64,000 nt of DNA from Emiliania huxleyi CCMP1516 (lineage: Eukaryota): the NCBI RefSeq assembly GCF_000372725.1, contig NW_005201092.1:55683-119682 (forward strand), written 5' to 3'. How positions within the stretch are numbered: the first letter of the stretch is position 1; each line of letters opens with the position of its first letter. The position numbers were made by a program, and so were the translations under genes. This document shows, piece by piece, positions 22,262-33,701 of the stretch. The notes below the pieces were generated by a model. The model saw only the letters and a list, made by a program, of their open reading frames with translations, was not told the DNA's origin and made no database searches.

Positions 22262-24780
22262 TCAGGTGCCGGGGACGAGCGACGGTGCGATGGCGAGCGA
22301 TCCCCGCTCGATGAGGCTCCACACCGCCTCCTCGAGCTCCCCCCGCGACCGCAGCGACTCGATGGTCCGGATGAGCTCGTCGGCGCCGCAGCAGCCGAGG
22401 GCTCGGCTCGAACCGAGCGCGCCTAGAAAGAAACACGGGCGGCGCGTATTTCATGTTTTTAGTCGTTGGCCGACGGCGCGGCTCGAGCCGAGCGCGCCCT
22501 TGAGGCGGTGCAGCCACTTCCACAGCTCGCACCTACAGGAGGGAGTACCGCACCCTATTCCTGCTGTTCCTCGAAGGTGGCGCAGCCACTTCCGCAGCCC
22601 GCACCACGGCGCACTGGCGCGCTCCGCGCCGATCAGCGCCACCAGCCGCCGCAGCTCCGCCGCCGCCGCCGCTCGCATCTCGTCCTCATCGTCCAGCTGC
22701 GCGCTGTCGGCGGCGCTGCGCGCCGGCGCACCCTTGCGCGTCACCGCCTCGCACCCAAAGCGGGTGACCCACGTGCGCAGCACGGTGCGCCGGTCCGGCT
22801 CTGACGGCGCCTGAGACGCGGAGATGACTCCGAGATCAAGCTGCGATGCTAGCCGGGCTGGCCGACGGCGCCTCGAGCCCGAGATCGGCCGAGGGTACCC
22901 CGAGATGGCCCCGACGCTTCTTCCGAAGACTCTCGTCGAGTTTAGCCAAAGGCATCGAGGGGCGCCGAGATGACTCCGAGGTGACTCCGAGGTGACTCCG
23001 AGGTGACTCCGAGGTGACTCCGGGGCTCGCAGAGTGCGCGCCTTGCTGAGGAAGCCATGCGTGCGCTCGTTGTAGAGGGCGACGTCGGACTCGGAGTCGT
23101 TCGCCGAGCGGACGAGCACGAGCGTGCGCGCCTACCACACCACCAAAGCACCTGAACCCACGCTGGATTCGGTACTCTGGAGGTATGGCGCGCGCCTCCT
23201 CGCTCGGCGGCATTCGGTTGAGCGCCGTCCGCGCGGCGTACGACCCCGAGACGGTCTCGGACGAGGGGAAGGCCAAGTCCAGGTTCTCGTCGACGATGAG
23301 GAGGAGGCGGCCGTCCGGGGGCAGCGCCTCGACCGCGGCGACGATCGTGTCCGCCGCGCCCTTCACCTCCTCATCCGTCGTGCCGATCAGCGTGGTGCTC
23401 TCCTCCGGGATGCCGAGCGACGCGAAGACGGCCTGACTCAAGACGTGGCCGTCCGCGCTTTCCGGCTCAATGCATGAACGAGCTCCTCCGGAATGCCGAG
23501 GGGAGGGAGAGGGGGGGGGGAGAGAAGGGCCACCCGAGCTTCCCCGAGCTTCCCCGAGCTTCCCCGAGCTTCCCCGAGCTTCCCCGAGCTTCCCCGAGCT
23601 TCCCCGAGCTTCCCCGAAATTAGGCGAGCTTCCCCGAGCTTCCCCGAGATTAGGCGAGATTCCCCGAGATTGGGCGAGATTCCCCGAGATTGGGCGAGGC
23701 TAGGCCTCGAGACAGACGAGCTGGAACTCGCAGTCGTCGATCGCGAGCGCCGTCACGCCGGCAGAGAGGTCGGCCTCGTCGAGGAAGGACTCCTAATGAC
23801 TCGAGGAGGGGGGGGGGGGGGGGCGATCCTGAGCTGATGTTTCGTTAGGGGAGGCTCGGCCCCTCGAGGGGAAGGGGCGCCTCCAGCCGCTGCGGCGCCG
23901 GGCAGCGGAACTCGAACACCGTCTCCGCCTCGCGGAAGGCGATGGAGCACTCGCCGAGCATGCACTCGGCGCACTTGGCCATCACCCAGCCGCCGTCCCC
24001 CTTGGAAACCCGCGCGGTCGCGATCGCCTCGTCCGACGGCAGTCAAAAGTCAGCACCGGGTCCCAGGGAAGGCGAATGCGATGGCGGCCTCTAGTGCGAG
24101 CTCTCGACTAGTGACCGCCGGTGTCGCCACACCGCAGGCACACGTCTAGGAAGTGTCTAGGAAGTGTCGTCACACCTCGTCCGACGACACGCGGTGCAGC
24201 CTATGGGGAGAGATGGGGAGAGATGGGGAGAGATGGGGAGATCGCCTCGTCCGACGACACGCGGTGCAGCCTCGTCCCCTTTGCGAATACCGACGCCGGG
24301 TCCAGACCCCGCACGCTCTCGTGCTGCTCGCCCGGCTCGTTGACGACTCGGATGGTGAGCTGGTCGCCCGCAAGGACCACCTACACAAGAGGCGCAGGTG
24401 TGGCTCTTCTTGGCAGTCCGGGTCGTGAGCTGGTCGCCCGCAAGGACCACCTCGGTCGCGACGACGCTTCATTCATGCACGAGTTCACTAAGCGGTGCTA
24501 TGAACTAGTGCGTGACTCGACGCCTCCGTCGCGACGACGCCGCCGTGGCGGCCGTACTTGCAGGCGTTGGAGAGGGCGTTGCGGTGGACGAGGCAGAGCA
24601 GACGCTGGTCGATGTCGACCACGGGGAGCGGCGAGGGGTGCGTGGTGAGCGGGAACCGCTCGTTGATCTGCCAGGCGAGGCCGAGCGCCTGCGGCTCTCG
24701 CGACGCACCCATTCATCGGGTGCACACTGGCTGGTGTGGCCTCGTGGTGCATTCATTAAGAGAGGGCATTCATCGGCTGG

Positions 24781-24843
<63 letters not shown>

Positions 24844-27574
24844 AACGACTGGTTGGCCTCGTGGTGCATTCATTCTCATCAAGCCGTGCACTCATTGGCG
24901 GGTTGGCGAGGGCCGGGCGCCTGAGCTCGATCTCAATCCACTAACTATTAACTCATCCATCGATCAGTTGGCGAACTAACGGGCCGGGCGCCTGCTCGAT
25001 CTTGCACGGCGCCGTGCGCGGCAGGTAGTTGCCGTGGAGCACGTCCCGCGCCAGGGCCTAGAAGGCTCCCAGAAGGTTCCGAGAAGGTTCGTAGAAGGTG
25101 TGGAGCACGTCCCGCGCCAGGGCCTGCGAGAGCACCGTCTCGAGCGTGTGCGTCAGCCCCGACCTACCACACCACCAACGCACCTGAACCCACACTGGAT
25201 TCGGTACTCTGGAGGTATGGCGCGTCAGCCCCGACCGCATCGACGCCAGGGAGCCTACGTGCTGAGTACGCCGACATGAGGGCGGGAAGACGGAAGTGTG
25301 TGCAGCGTCTTCAGAGCACCGCGTGAGTACAACGGATAGGAGTACAGTGAGTCAGCGGAATACGGATGAATACAGCTGAACACGTGGCCCTCTCGGGCGC
25401 TAGACGGGGTACAAGAACACGTATTCCGCTTCTAGGCTTGCGAGCGGTGGAAGGTGGCGCCGGCCTCGAGGCCGACCTGAGTAGGCATGAGGAACGAGGT
25501 GTGGCGGAGAGAGGGAGGAGGCTGACCGTGCGCCGCATCTCGGCGGCATCTCTCGGCCATGCCTCCCCACATCTCCCCACATCTCCCCCTATCTCGCGAC
25601 CTTGCGCCGCATCTCGGCCGAGATCGAGTCGAGCTGCGACAGCGCGGCGAGCACGCCGTTCTTGACCTCGTGCCGTGAGAAGCGGTTCGCCTCCTCGTCC
25701 TTCTGCCGCTCCACCGCCGCCGCGGTCGCCTCGCGCTCTAGCTGCGCGAGCCTACTCACTGCTCACGACCTGCTCACGACCTGCTCACGACCTGCTCATG
25801 AACTGCTCAGGAGTTGCTATGAGCTGCTAACTACAAGTAAGGCGGCGCTCTAGCTGCACGAGCCGTTCCTTCTCGGTCACGTCCCGGACGATGATCACGC
25901 ACGAGCCCGCCTAATTAACTAATTAACTAATTAACTAATTAACGTCCCGAACGATGATCACGCACGAGCCCGCCTCGTCCGAGAGCGCAGAGGAGACGTC
26001 GCAGACGGCGGCGCGGGCAGCACCCCCTCCGCCTCCCCCTCCGCCTCCGCCTTCGCCTCCGCCGCCGCCGCCGCCTCCGCCTCCGCCTCCGCCTCCGCCC
26101 CGGACGATGCGGCACGTGAAGCGCGAGTGCCACCACGCCGCCTCGACGAGGCGCGTGAACTCGAGCTCGTCGGCGTGTGTCGGCAGCGGCGGCGCGCCGC
26201 CACTCCACAGATGCCGCTCGAGCTCGCCTGCAAACAGGCTCCGAGGAGTTCGGCCTTCAGGCTGCCTCTCGGGCTGCCTCTCGGGCTGCCTCTCGGCTGC
26301 ATCTCGGCTGCCTCTCGGCTGCCTCTCGGCTGCCGCTCGGCTGCCTCTCGGCAAGCTCTCGGCGGTCTCTCGGCTGTCTCTCGGCTGCCTCTCGGCGGTC
26401 TCTCGGCTCCGAGCTCGCCCGGCTCTCCGTGCTGTCGGCCCGCCACCCACCTCCCCGCCTCGTGGCGCTGCAGCAGGTTGGCGACGCTCGGCGACGCGGT
26501 CGAAGAGAGCGACCCGTCACGCAGCCGCCGCGACACGACGATGACGTCGGCGGCGCCGCGCCACACAAAGTCCATCCGCTCGGCCGCCTCGCGGCCGCGC
26601 TCGAGGCCGTGCAGCAGCGGCGCTGCCGTGGCGCCTTCCTCGATGGCGGAGGCGTACAGCTGCTTGGCAAGCACGTCGATCGCGGCGTCGGCGACGAAGC
26701 CGACGTCCACCTCGGATGCGACGCCGAGCAGACGCGCGAGCGCGTCGCCGCACCAGACGGCGACCAGCAGCGACCAACAGACGACGCACTGGCGCATGAG
26801 CGACGCGGCGAGGCGCGCCTTGGCGAGCTGGTACGAGTCCGCCTTGCACTGCTCCGACAGCGCGCGCAGCCGCGCCTCGCGCTCGAACAGCCGCAGCACG
26901 ATGCACGAGAAGAGGAGGAAGGAGGCGACCAGAGTGACCGCCCAGGCGGCGCCCCCGCCGGCGAGTGGGAGCAGCAGGCCGCACAGTGTGGAGAGGGCCT
27001 GCGAGGTGGCCGTGATGAGCGGCGTGCGGAGGCGCGTCGCGTCCGTCGCGTCCACCACGAAGGTCATCAGCCCCGCGAGCACGACCCACTCCCCCCACCG
27101 CAGCATGCAGTTTGGCCGGCCCGTGACGGCGTCGACGACAAACGGCGTCGGGAGGAGGTAGAGGGCGAGGTTGGTCGCCGCGGCGCAGAGCTTGACAGCA
27201 ACGATGCAGCGAGACGTCCAGCGCATCGAGGGCAGCGGCCTGCGCGTCAGCTGCTCCAGCGCGGAGCCCGTTTGCACCGTGAAGGCGAGCAAGACGGCGT
27301 TCGACTCGACGGCGCCGAGCCGCACGCAGGCGGCGGAGGGGAGCCAGGCGACGAGCGCGGCGTCGATGAGGGCGAGCAGCGTGATGGAGCCGCCGATGAG
27401 AGCCATACCCACCCGCCCGTCATTCAGGAGGTACGCACTCTCCTGCTCGACGTCGACGGCAGGCGGAGCGCTCGACGCGGCGGCGCCGCTGCCGTCCTTG
27501 TCGCCGTTTCGTTGCGACGAGGCGCTGGCGACGGCCTCCGCCACGAAGGCGGAGCTCGAGGGCGCCTCGCACAT
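22262..27574 (-). CDS. Histidine-kinase rhodopsin: 8-TM microbial rhodopsin - PAS - HisKA - HATPase - REC - HPt (more than 12 exons)
   Basis: Helix C LRWGEW (27086-27103); helix G IDVLAKQLY (Lys 26663-26665); PAS/PAC end IIVRDVTEK; H-box SRHEVKNG (His 25670-25672); N-box HRNALSNACKYG (about 24551-24590); SKGDGGW (about 23985-24005); REC AIDD, IVDENL (Asp 23289-23291), RSAN, GFLSK; HPt WLHRLKG (His 22508-22510); TGA at 22262-22264. Confidence 0.85.
24781..24844. repeat. (TAAA)n microsatellite in an intron of the rhodopsin-kinase gene
   Basis: Perfect tetranucleotide run. Confidence 0.95.
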
Positions 27575-29044
27575 CAGCCAGGTGGCGCCGCGGGCGCAGC
27601 GACGCTGGTTGGAAAACGGCAGCCACGACAGGCCACGAAAGAGTTCGACGACGGGGAAATTTCCGGGAGGGGTGCCCGAGAAAGAAGAAATTTGCTCAGC
27701 CCCGCGAGGGCCGCGAGGCACCATCCCTCCCTTGGGTTGTCTGTTTTATTTCTTTCTTTCTTTCGGCGAGGCACTTTGCACTCAACCGCCCACGCCGCAG
27801 GCAAGCTCTTTGACCATCTGCTCTCGGGAGAGCAAGTTGGGGGGTTTGAGAGAGATTTTTAGCAATACCAAACAACTCTAACACTCACACGTCATTTGGG
27901 GCCTGGAGCCCTGTTCACGCGCGCGCGAGACGTGCAGACAGGGTCGCCAGGTGAGAGCGAATGGCGCGGTTCACGCCTCGCACAACAGAGAGAGAGATGC
28001 GCTCTGCATGGTGGGACATAAAAGAAAGCGAGTACTGTTTTGGGGTTTGTTGTTGTCATAGAAGGGTACTATACATTATAAAGACACCACAACTTCACCG
28101 TCACCCAAGTGCACCAAAATCAACCGATCTAGATACATCTGAAGCAGCATGTTTCACATCTCTCTTGTCTCTGTTGGCTGGCAGCACTGGATGACTGACT
28201 AGCGTGGTTTGCAAACACAACACTTGGCTGAATGACTGCGGTGCATGCGCCTTGGCGCTGAGCATGCCTGCGCTCATTGCTTTCACGCTGCGAGTCGCCG
28301 ACACACGCTGCACTGCGGATGAGGACCTCTTGCCTCTGAGGACCTCTTGAAGGATGAGGACCTTTTCGTCGTCTGCGGCTCGATGAGGCACGTCGATCCA
28401 TCGTTTCAAAAACCCAGAGAGGGCAAACACCTGCTACCCCGTGCACCGCCAGAATCAGAACACATGACAAGCCGCCGAGGGCGAGACAGAGAGATAGAGC
28501 GCAAGATCCAAGAAGGTCCTCACTCGCAGGTGTAAAAGGTCCTCACGGATGCGGAGGTCCTCACGCAGTCCTCATACACGAGGCGGTCAGGACCTCCCCA
28601 CGAGCATATGGTAGAGCTCGATCCGGACCCCCCCCCCCCCCCTTCTACACTGTATTTGGTGACCCAAACTCACTCCGACCTGACTCCGTTTGTGGTGCCT
28701 GTGCCTGGCAGAATCTATTTTCCCATGAAATCCCATGTAGAGGCAAGATATGGTGTGTTGATAGTGCTGGTTGCAACGCGGTAGCCCTTGTTGTTAATTA
28801 ACCATGTGTTTAGTCGGTAAAGGGTGTCAGTGATGTCTTTGCTAAGACCCTCTCCGCACCATTCGTGGGGCTCCTGCCCGCGTGTGTCCGGGTGTGGAGA
28901 TGCAAGTGGGATTCGCACGCGGCCCTCTCAGACAGCATGTCTCCACTCGTCCTCATGCTCCTCGCTCGGCCGGGCAGCGGCACGGGTGGTAAGGTGTCGT
29001 GCTAGTGCCTGGTGTCTACTAGCCCCGAGTAGAGGGGGCGCTCC

Positions 29045-29248
29045 GCTGCTAGGGGAAACCCGGAGCGCAGAGCCAACGCTCGGGGACCCGTGTTTACTTT
29101 AAGGCCCTTGCCCTGCGAACGCGCACCCCCGGGGCTAGGGCTCTCTAGCCCGTAACCCGATACCGATCATCCGGCTCGCTGGGTGCGCTTCTTAGCTCCC
29201 TGGCCCTGGATGTGAGGTTGATAACTGAACTCCAAGTGCTCCAAGTGG
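29045..29248. repeat. Second copy of the 20710-21061 repeat family
   Basis: ctgctaggggaaacc...ccctgcgaacgcgcacccccggggctagggctctct...ccaagtgctccaagtg is shared. Confidence 0.8.
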
Positions 29249-29875
29249 GTTGCCCCCCATGAGCCATGTGACACCATGTGCACCAATTTGTGTGTGTACC
29301 TCATACCTTACCCCTTACCTTACCCTCTCCGCAGACAAACTGCGATCACCCCCCCATGGGTGCCCTTTCTAGTCATTCTAGTGAATGAATGGACTCGTCC
29401 CAGTGGATGTGTCCGATTTCCGACGTCGCTGTCAAAATGTGCGTGACGTCCGATCCTTTGTAATCGTCTAGAGACGCTGGATACATGAGCACGGAGCAGG
29501 CCGCTCCCGGCCCCACGCTGGTCGCTGCGCCCACCGTGGGCCACGGCCCGCGCGGCCGGCGCAGCCCGCCCGGGACGCGGGAGCTCAGGCGCTACCCGCT
29601 CCGCTTGCGCACAAACATTAGCATCCCGGACACCATGCGCAGGCGGGCGCGTCGCGCGCTCGGTGTTCAACAAACAAACTAAACTGAAACCTCAAGGCTC
29701 TCACCACTCCTTGATGTCGCTTGTGGCTTGTGTGCATGACTGAGCCACAAACTGAGGCGGGTGCACGCACGGAGAGACTCTCTAACATCGATATACGTCC
29801 GATCGTGGGGATTGATTGGCGCGACAATCGCCGCGAGTTTCAGCGAGGATAGCGCAGCTCCCCGGCCCCACCCGC

Positions 29876-30763
29876 TCAGAGCTCCGCCTTGGCTGCTCCC
29901 GTCGTTGGCGAGGCGACGCAGCGCTGCAACTGCGCCGCCAGCTGCTCGACGCTCGCCTCTGTCGGTCGGCTCGTCGCACACTTGGACCAAGTCGCGCCGC
30001 CGTCGGGCGTCGTGTAGAAAGCGGGCGCCGACAGCTTCAGCTTCTCCGCCACAGCATCCTTTGTGTATCCGCCCTTCACGAATCTCGAATCCGCTGTCAG
30101 CGCAAACGCCGCCGGTGCGTCGTCCCCCGCCTTGGCGGCGGAGCGCGCCGCCGCCTTGAAGGCGGAGAAGAGCTTCGCGGTCTTGGTGGGCTGGCGGAGC
30201 ACTGCGAGAGCGCGCGGCGCTCCCGCCTGCCAGGACGCGTAGTCGTCCACGCCAGCCAGCTCTGTGAATGGAGGCGGGCCGCGCTCCGCAGGCTTGCCTG
30301 GACCCTCAATCTTGAGAATCTCCATGGTGAAGATGAGGCAGTCGCCGGCGCCGATGTCGCCACCCTGGCCGCTGTCGCCGTATGCGAGCTCGGAGGGGAT
30401 GTAGAGCTCCCACTTGTCGCCGGCCACCATGAGCTGCATGGCCTCTGTCCAGCCCGCGATCACGCCCGACGGCGCGAAGGAGGTCGGATCGCCGCGCGAG
30501 TACGAGCTGTCAAAGGTCTTGCCCTTGGGCGACTTTGAGTACTCTTGGGCCGTCCTTCCCTCATAGTGGCAGGAGCACTGCGTGTCCTTCAGCGGGTGCT
30601 CCTCGCCGTCGCCCTCGCGGAGGACCTTGTAGAGCAGGCCAGACGGCAGCGAAACGACGCCCTCCTCGGCGGCCTTCTTGGCGAGGAACTGGCGGCCAAA
30701 CTCGTTGGTGCCAGCGAGCACAAGCGGGGCGATGGTGGAGAGGAAGAGGGCGCGTAGAAGCAT
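29876..30763 (-). CDS. FKBP-type peptidyl-prolyl isomerase (Mip-like) with signal peptide, C-terminal extension and KDEL-like KAEL; intronless
   Basis: LPSGLLYKVL, HYEG, FDSSY.RG, VIAGWTEAMQLM, ELYIPSELAYG; N-terminal hydrophobic leader; ends AKAEL. Confidence 0.92.
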   Translation of the reverse strand: MLLRALFLSTIAPLVLAGTNEFGRQFLAKKAAEEGVVSLPSGLLYKVLREGDGEEHPLKDTQCSCHYEGRTAQEYSKSPKGKTFDSSYSRGDPTSFAPSGVIAGWTEAMQLMVAGDKWELYIPSELAYGDSGQGGDIGAGDCLIFTMEILKIEGPGKPAERGPPPFTELAGVDDYASWQAGAPRALAVLRQPTKTAKLFSAFKAAARSAAKAGDDAPAAFALTADSRFVKGGYTKDAVAEKLKLSAPAFYTTPDGGATWSKCATSRPTEASVEQLAAQLQRCVASPTTGAAKAEL

Positions 30764-30789
30764 TGGCGGCGCGATGATGTCACCGCTTG

Positions 30790-31036
30790 AAAAGAATTCT
30801 TAAGATACAAGCCTCTCTCACAGCTTGAAAAGAATTCAAAGAAAAGAACTCTCTCTCGCACACAGGCTCGAAAAGAAGAACTCTCGCGCGCACTGGCACG
30901 ACAAGGGCACGGACTGGCGCGGACTGGCACACACACCGGCTCACCACCGGAGCCGCCTAAGCGACTCCGTTAAGAACGGCAATGCATTCCGCACCGTGCA
31001 CAATGCCGCTCTCCCCGCACGCTAGCTCGTTCACCG
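30790..31036 (-). mobile_element. Short 5'-truncated RLE retroelement copy with target-site duplication
   Basis: Near-identical to the 3' ends of the 41161 and 51830 copies; tcaccgcttgaaaagaa at 30780-30796 and 31031-31047. Confidence 0.85.
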
Positions 31037-31149
31037 CTTGAAAAGAAGAATTTTGTGCGCCAGAAAAACAATCTGAGCATCACCTTGGTCATGAAGCGCA
31101 CAATCTGAAGGTGATAGAAATTCAACGTCTTACCTAACTGGATGTTCGT

Positions 31150-31685
31150 CAGCCGAAATGCTCGCACGATCCTGCCAAGCACACACGCCCCATCCCGGCC
31201 GCCTTCCTTGAAGGTGCCGCACTCCACTGGCTGTGGGACTACTGTGGGACTGTGGGTAGGCCACGGGGGGCGTGCAGGAGGCTGCACCTGGAAGATGTGG
31301 TTGAGCTGGAAGCAGAGGTCCTCACAAGTGCAGAGGTCCTCACCTGACACCTCGCCGGAGGACCTCACTCACAGAAGCCCCATCCAGCGACTGATGTCAC
31401 ACCCAAACAAAGAAAAGGAGCGCCGCAGTGCTCGAAATGTACTATTGAAGTTCTTCGTAAAAAGAAATCTTAGCACATGGGATATAATTAGACGTCTTAA
31501 ACTCACATGAAGTACGTTAGCCGAAATGCTCGCACGATCCTGCCAAGCACACACGGCACACGCCCCATCCCGGCCGCTTATAGGTGCCGCACCCCACTGG
31601 CTGTGGGACTACTGTGGGACTGTCACGTGTGGGTAGGCCGGGGGGGCGTGCAGGAGGCTGCACCTGGAAGATGTGGTTGAGCTGA
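31150..31685. repeat. Local direct duplication of about 160 bp (31150-31306 and 31519-31685)
   Basis: agccgaaatgctcgcacgatcctgccaagcac...cacctggaagatgtggttgagctg occurs twice. Confidence 0.85.
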
Positions 31686-31689
31686 CTTG

Positions 31690-31780
31690 TCGTGCCAGTA
31701 TGCTGTGAGAGAGGCTTGTATTTTATGTGGAGAAGTTTACCTTACCTTACCTTACCTTGTATTTTAAGAATTCTTTTCTT
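31690..31780 (+). mobile_element. 3'-tail remnant of the RLE retroelement interrupted by (CCTTA)n
   Basis: gtcgtgccagt.tgctgtgagagaggcttgtat...ttaagaattctttt. Confidence 0.65.
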
Positions 31781-33701
31781 TCTGGGTCGAGCGAGCGAGG
31801 ACAGACACGTCCCCACCTTTGCAGGATTTTTGGAAGGGCGAGGGGGAGGGGGCGCATCGCGGCGTGGAGAGGGCTGGGCACAGGGCACAGGTGAAGGGGC
31901 AACTCCGTGCTGCACTGACGGTCGGCCGTCAGAAAGAAACACGCCTCCGTGGCTCGGGTTACACCAATCCTCGCTACCCAACGCGGCCAAAGGATATCCA
32001 CCTCGAGAACCTCGAGAACAGGTAATGTGAGTGAGTGAGTATTCTTGATACGAAACCACGACGACACACACCAGTCGACTCGCATCGGTTGCCTCCATGA
32101 ACGGCGGAGCTATTCTCGCGCCCACACCACACCTGGCTCCAACGTGGACACGCCCATAGCTGGGGACACTACTAGGTCACGCATGGCACAGAAGTTTTAT
32201 CTCTGGGCCCCGAAAGGCATCTCTAGCCGCGTCGTTACACATGCCCCCTCCCCTCCTGGGCGCATGCGCCTCACGTCTCGCCAGAGCATAAGCCCTTGGC
32301 GTGTGGCGAGACGAGTTTTTCGCCATGCAGCGAGCAGCCAGCCGCCCGCCGCAAACAGCCGGAGGCCTCGCCGCGGCACTGGCTGCGCCGCGGTCCCGCA
32401 CCCGTCGACGCAGCTCCCCCCGCGGAAGACCGCGCGTAGCGACGCCTTGACGATCGAGATGAGCGTGCCTGAAGCTCGCCCACCTACTGCCCCTGAGAGT
32501 TGGTTATGAGTGGGATCAGCTCCCCCCCTTGGGATCGAAGCCGCCACAACCTCACACCCAACATCGCAGGCGGGATCAGAAGGAGACTCCGCACCGGACA
32601 CCGCCCGGGCACAGACCCCCTACCCGTCGGATTGCACAGGGCCCCCTCGGAGCAGCCCACACACAATCACGCATCGGCAGAATTAGTGCCTGAGTCAGGC
32701 AGACAGCACAGACAAAGGAGAGGAGACAGCACAGACAAGGAGAGGAGAGAGAGAGGAGAGGAGAGAGAGAGAGAGAGAGGAGAGGGGAGAGGGTGAGGGT
32801 GTGTGCACACGTGTGGAGCAGGGAGGGTGTCTGTGGTGGGCTGTAGTCATACTACGTGGTTAGAACCACGCGCCCCTCAGGAGCTAAGGTAGAGCTGAGC
32901 GTCCAAGACGCCTCGGTGCCTCCCACCGGCGTGTGACCATCCGGATCTATCGAGCTCGCCTCCGGCGGGCCGTCCCCGCGATGGCCCACGGTCCTCCGTC
33001 GCCTGGTTGACCCCCTGCCTCCCAGTTGACCCCCAGTCCTCGTAGTCGACCATTAAATAAACTCAAAGGTCCACCACAGCCTCCAGCCTCCACCTCCACC
33101 CGCGAGCCGCCACCGCTGCCGCCCGCGACGCCGCCCGCCGCGTCAGATTGCCGCGACGCGCGCACCGAGTCGAGTCGGAGAGCCGCGCCGCACCAGCAGC
33201 AGCATCTGCACCACCACCAGCAGCAGCAGCAGCAGCATCACCACCAGAGAGAGAAGCGCACCTGCCCGACGCCGCCCGCCGCGTCATATGCTCGCGACGC
33301 GCGCGTCGAGCCCAGTCGCAGAGCCGCGCCGCGCCAGCAGCAGCATCTCCACCAGCAGCAGCACCATCACCACCACCAGCAGCAACAGAGAGATGCAGTG
33401 CAGGCGCAGGAGCGCTCGCAGAGCGGCGCTCAGGGCCGCGCACGCCACGCTGCGGACCGTCGGACGAGCGCAGCGTACGTCGGCGGCGAGCCGCGTCGCC
33501 AGCCGTCTCGCGAGAGAGCGGCGCCGCCGCGTGCGCGCAGCAGCCGCCGCAGCAGAGGCGAGCCGCGGCGACGTCCGCACAACCGATAACTGCCATTGGC
33601 GGTTTTACACACACACACACACAACAGGTAATGCCAAAAGGAAGGATTTTTATTATCTAGATAATCCACCGCATTTGGCCGACGGCAAAAGACAGATCTT
33701 C

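Noticed and set aside
31738..31758. Telomeric repeat
   Set aside because: Short (CCTTA)n runs also occur near 29305 and 57820 as ordinary microsatellites
33026..33700. Gln/His-rich ORF and upstream extension of the phosphatase ORF
   Set aside because: Low-complexity CAG/CAC repeats; a clear signal peptide begins at ATG 33702
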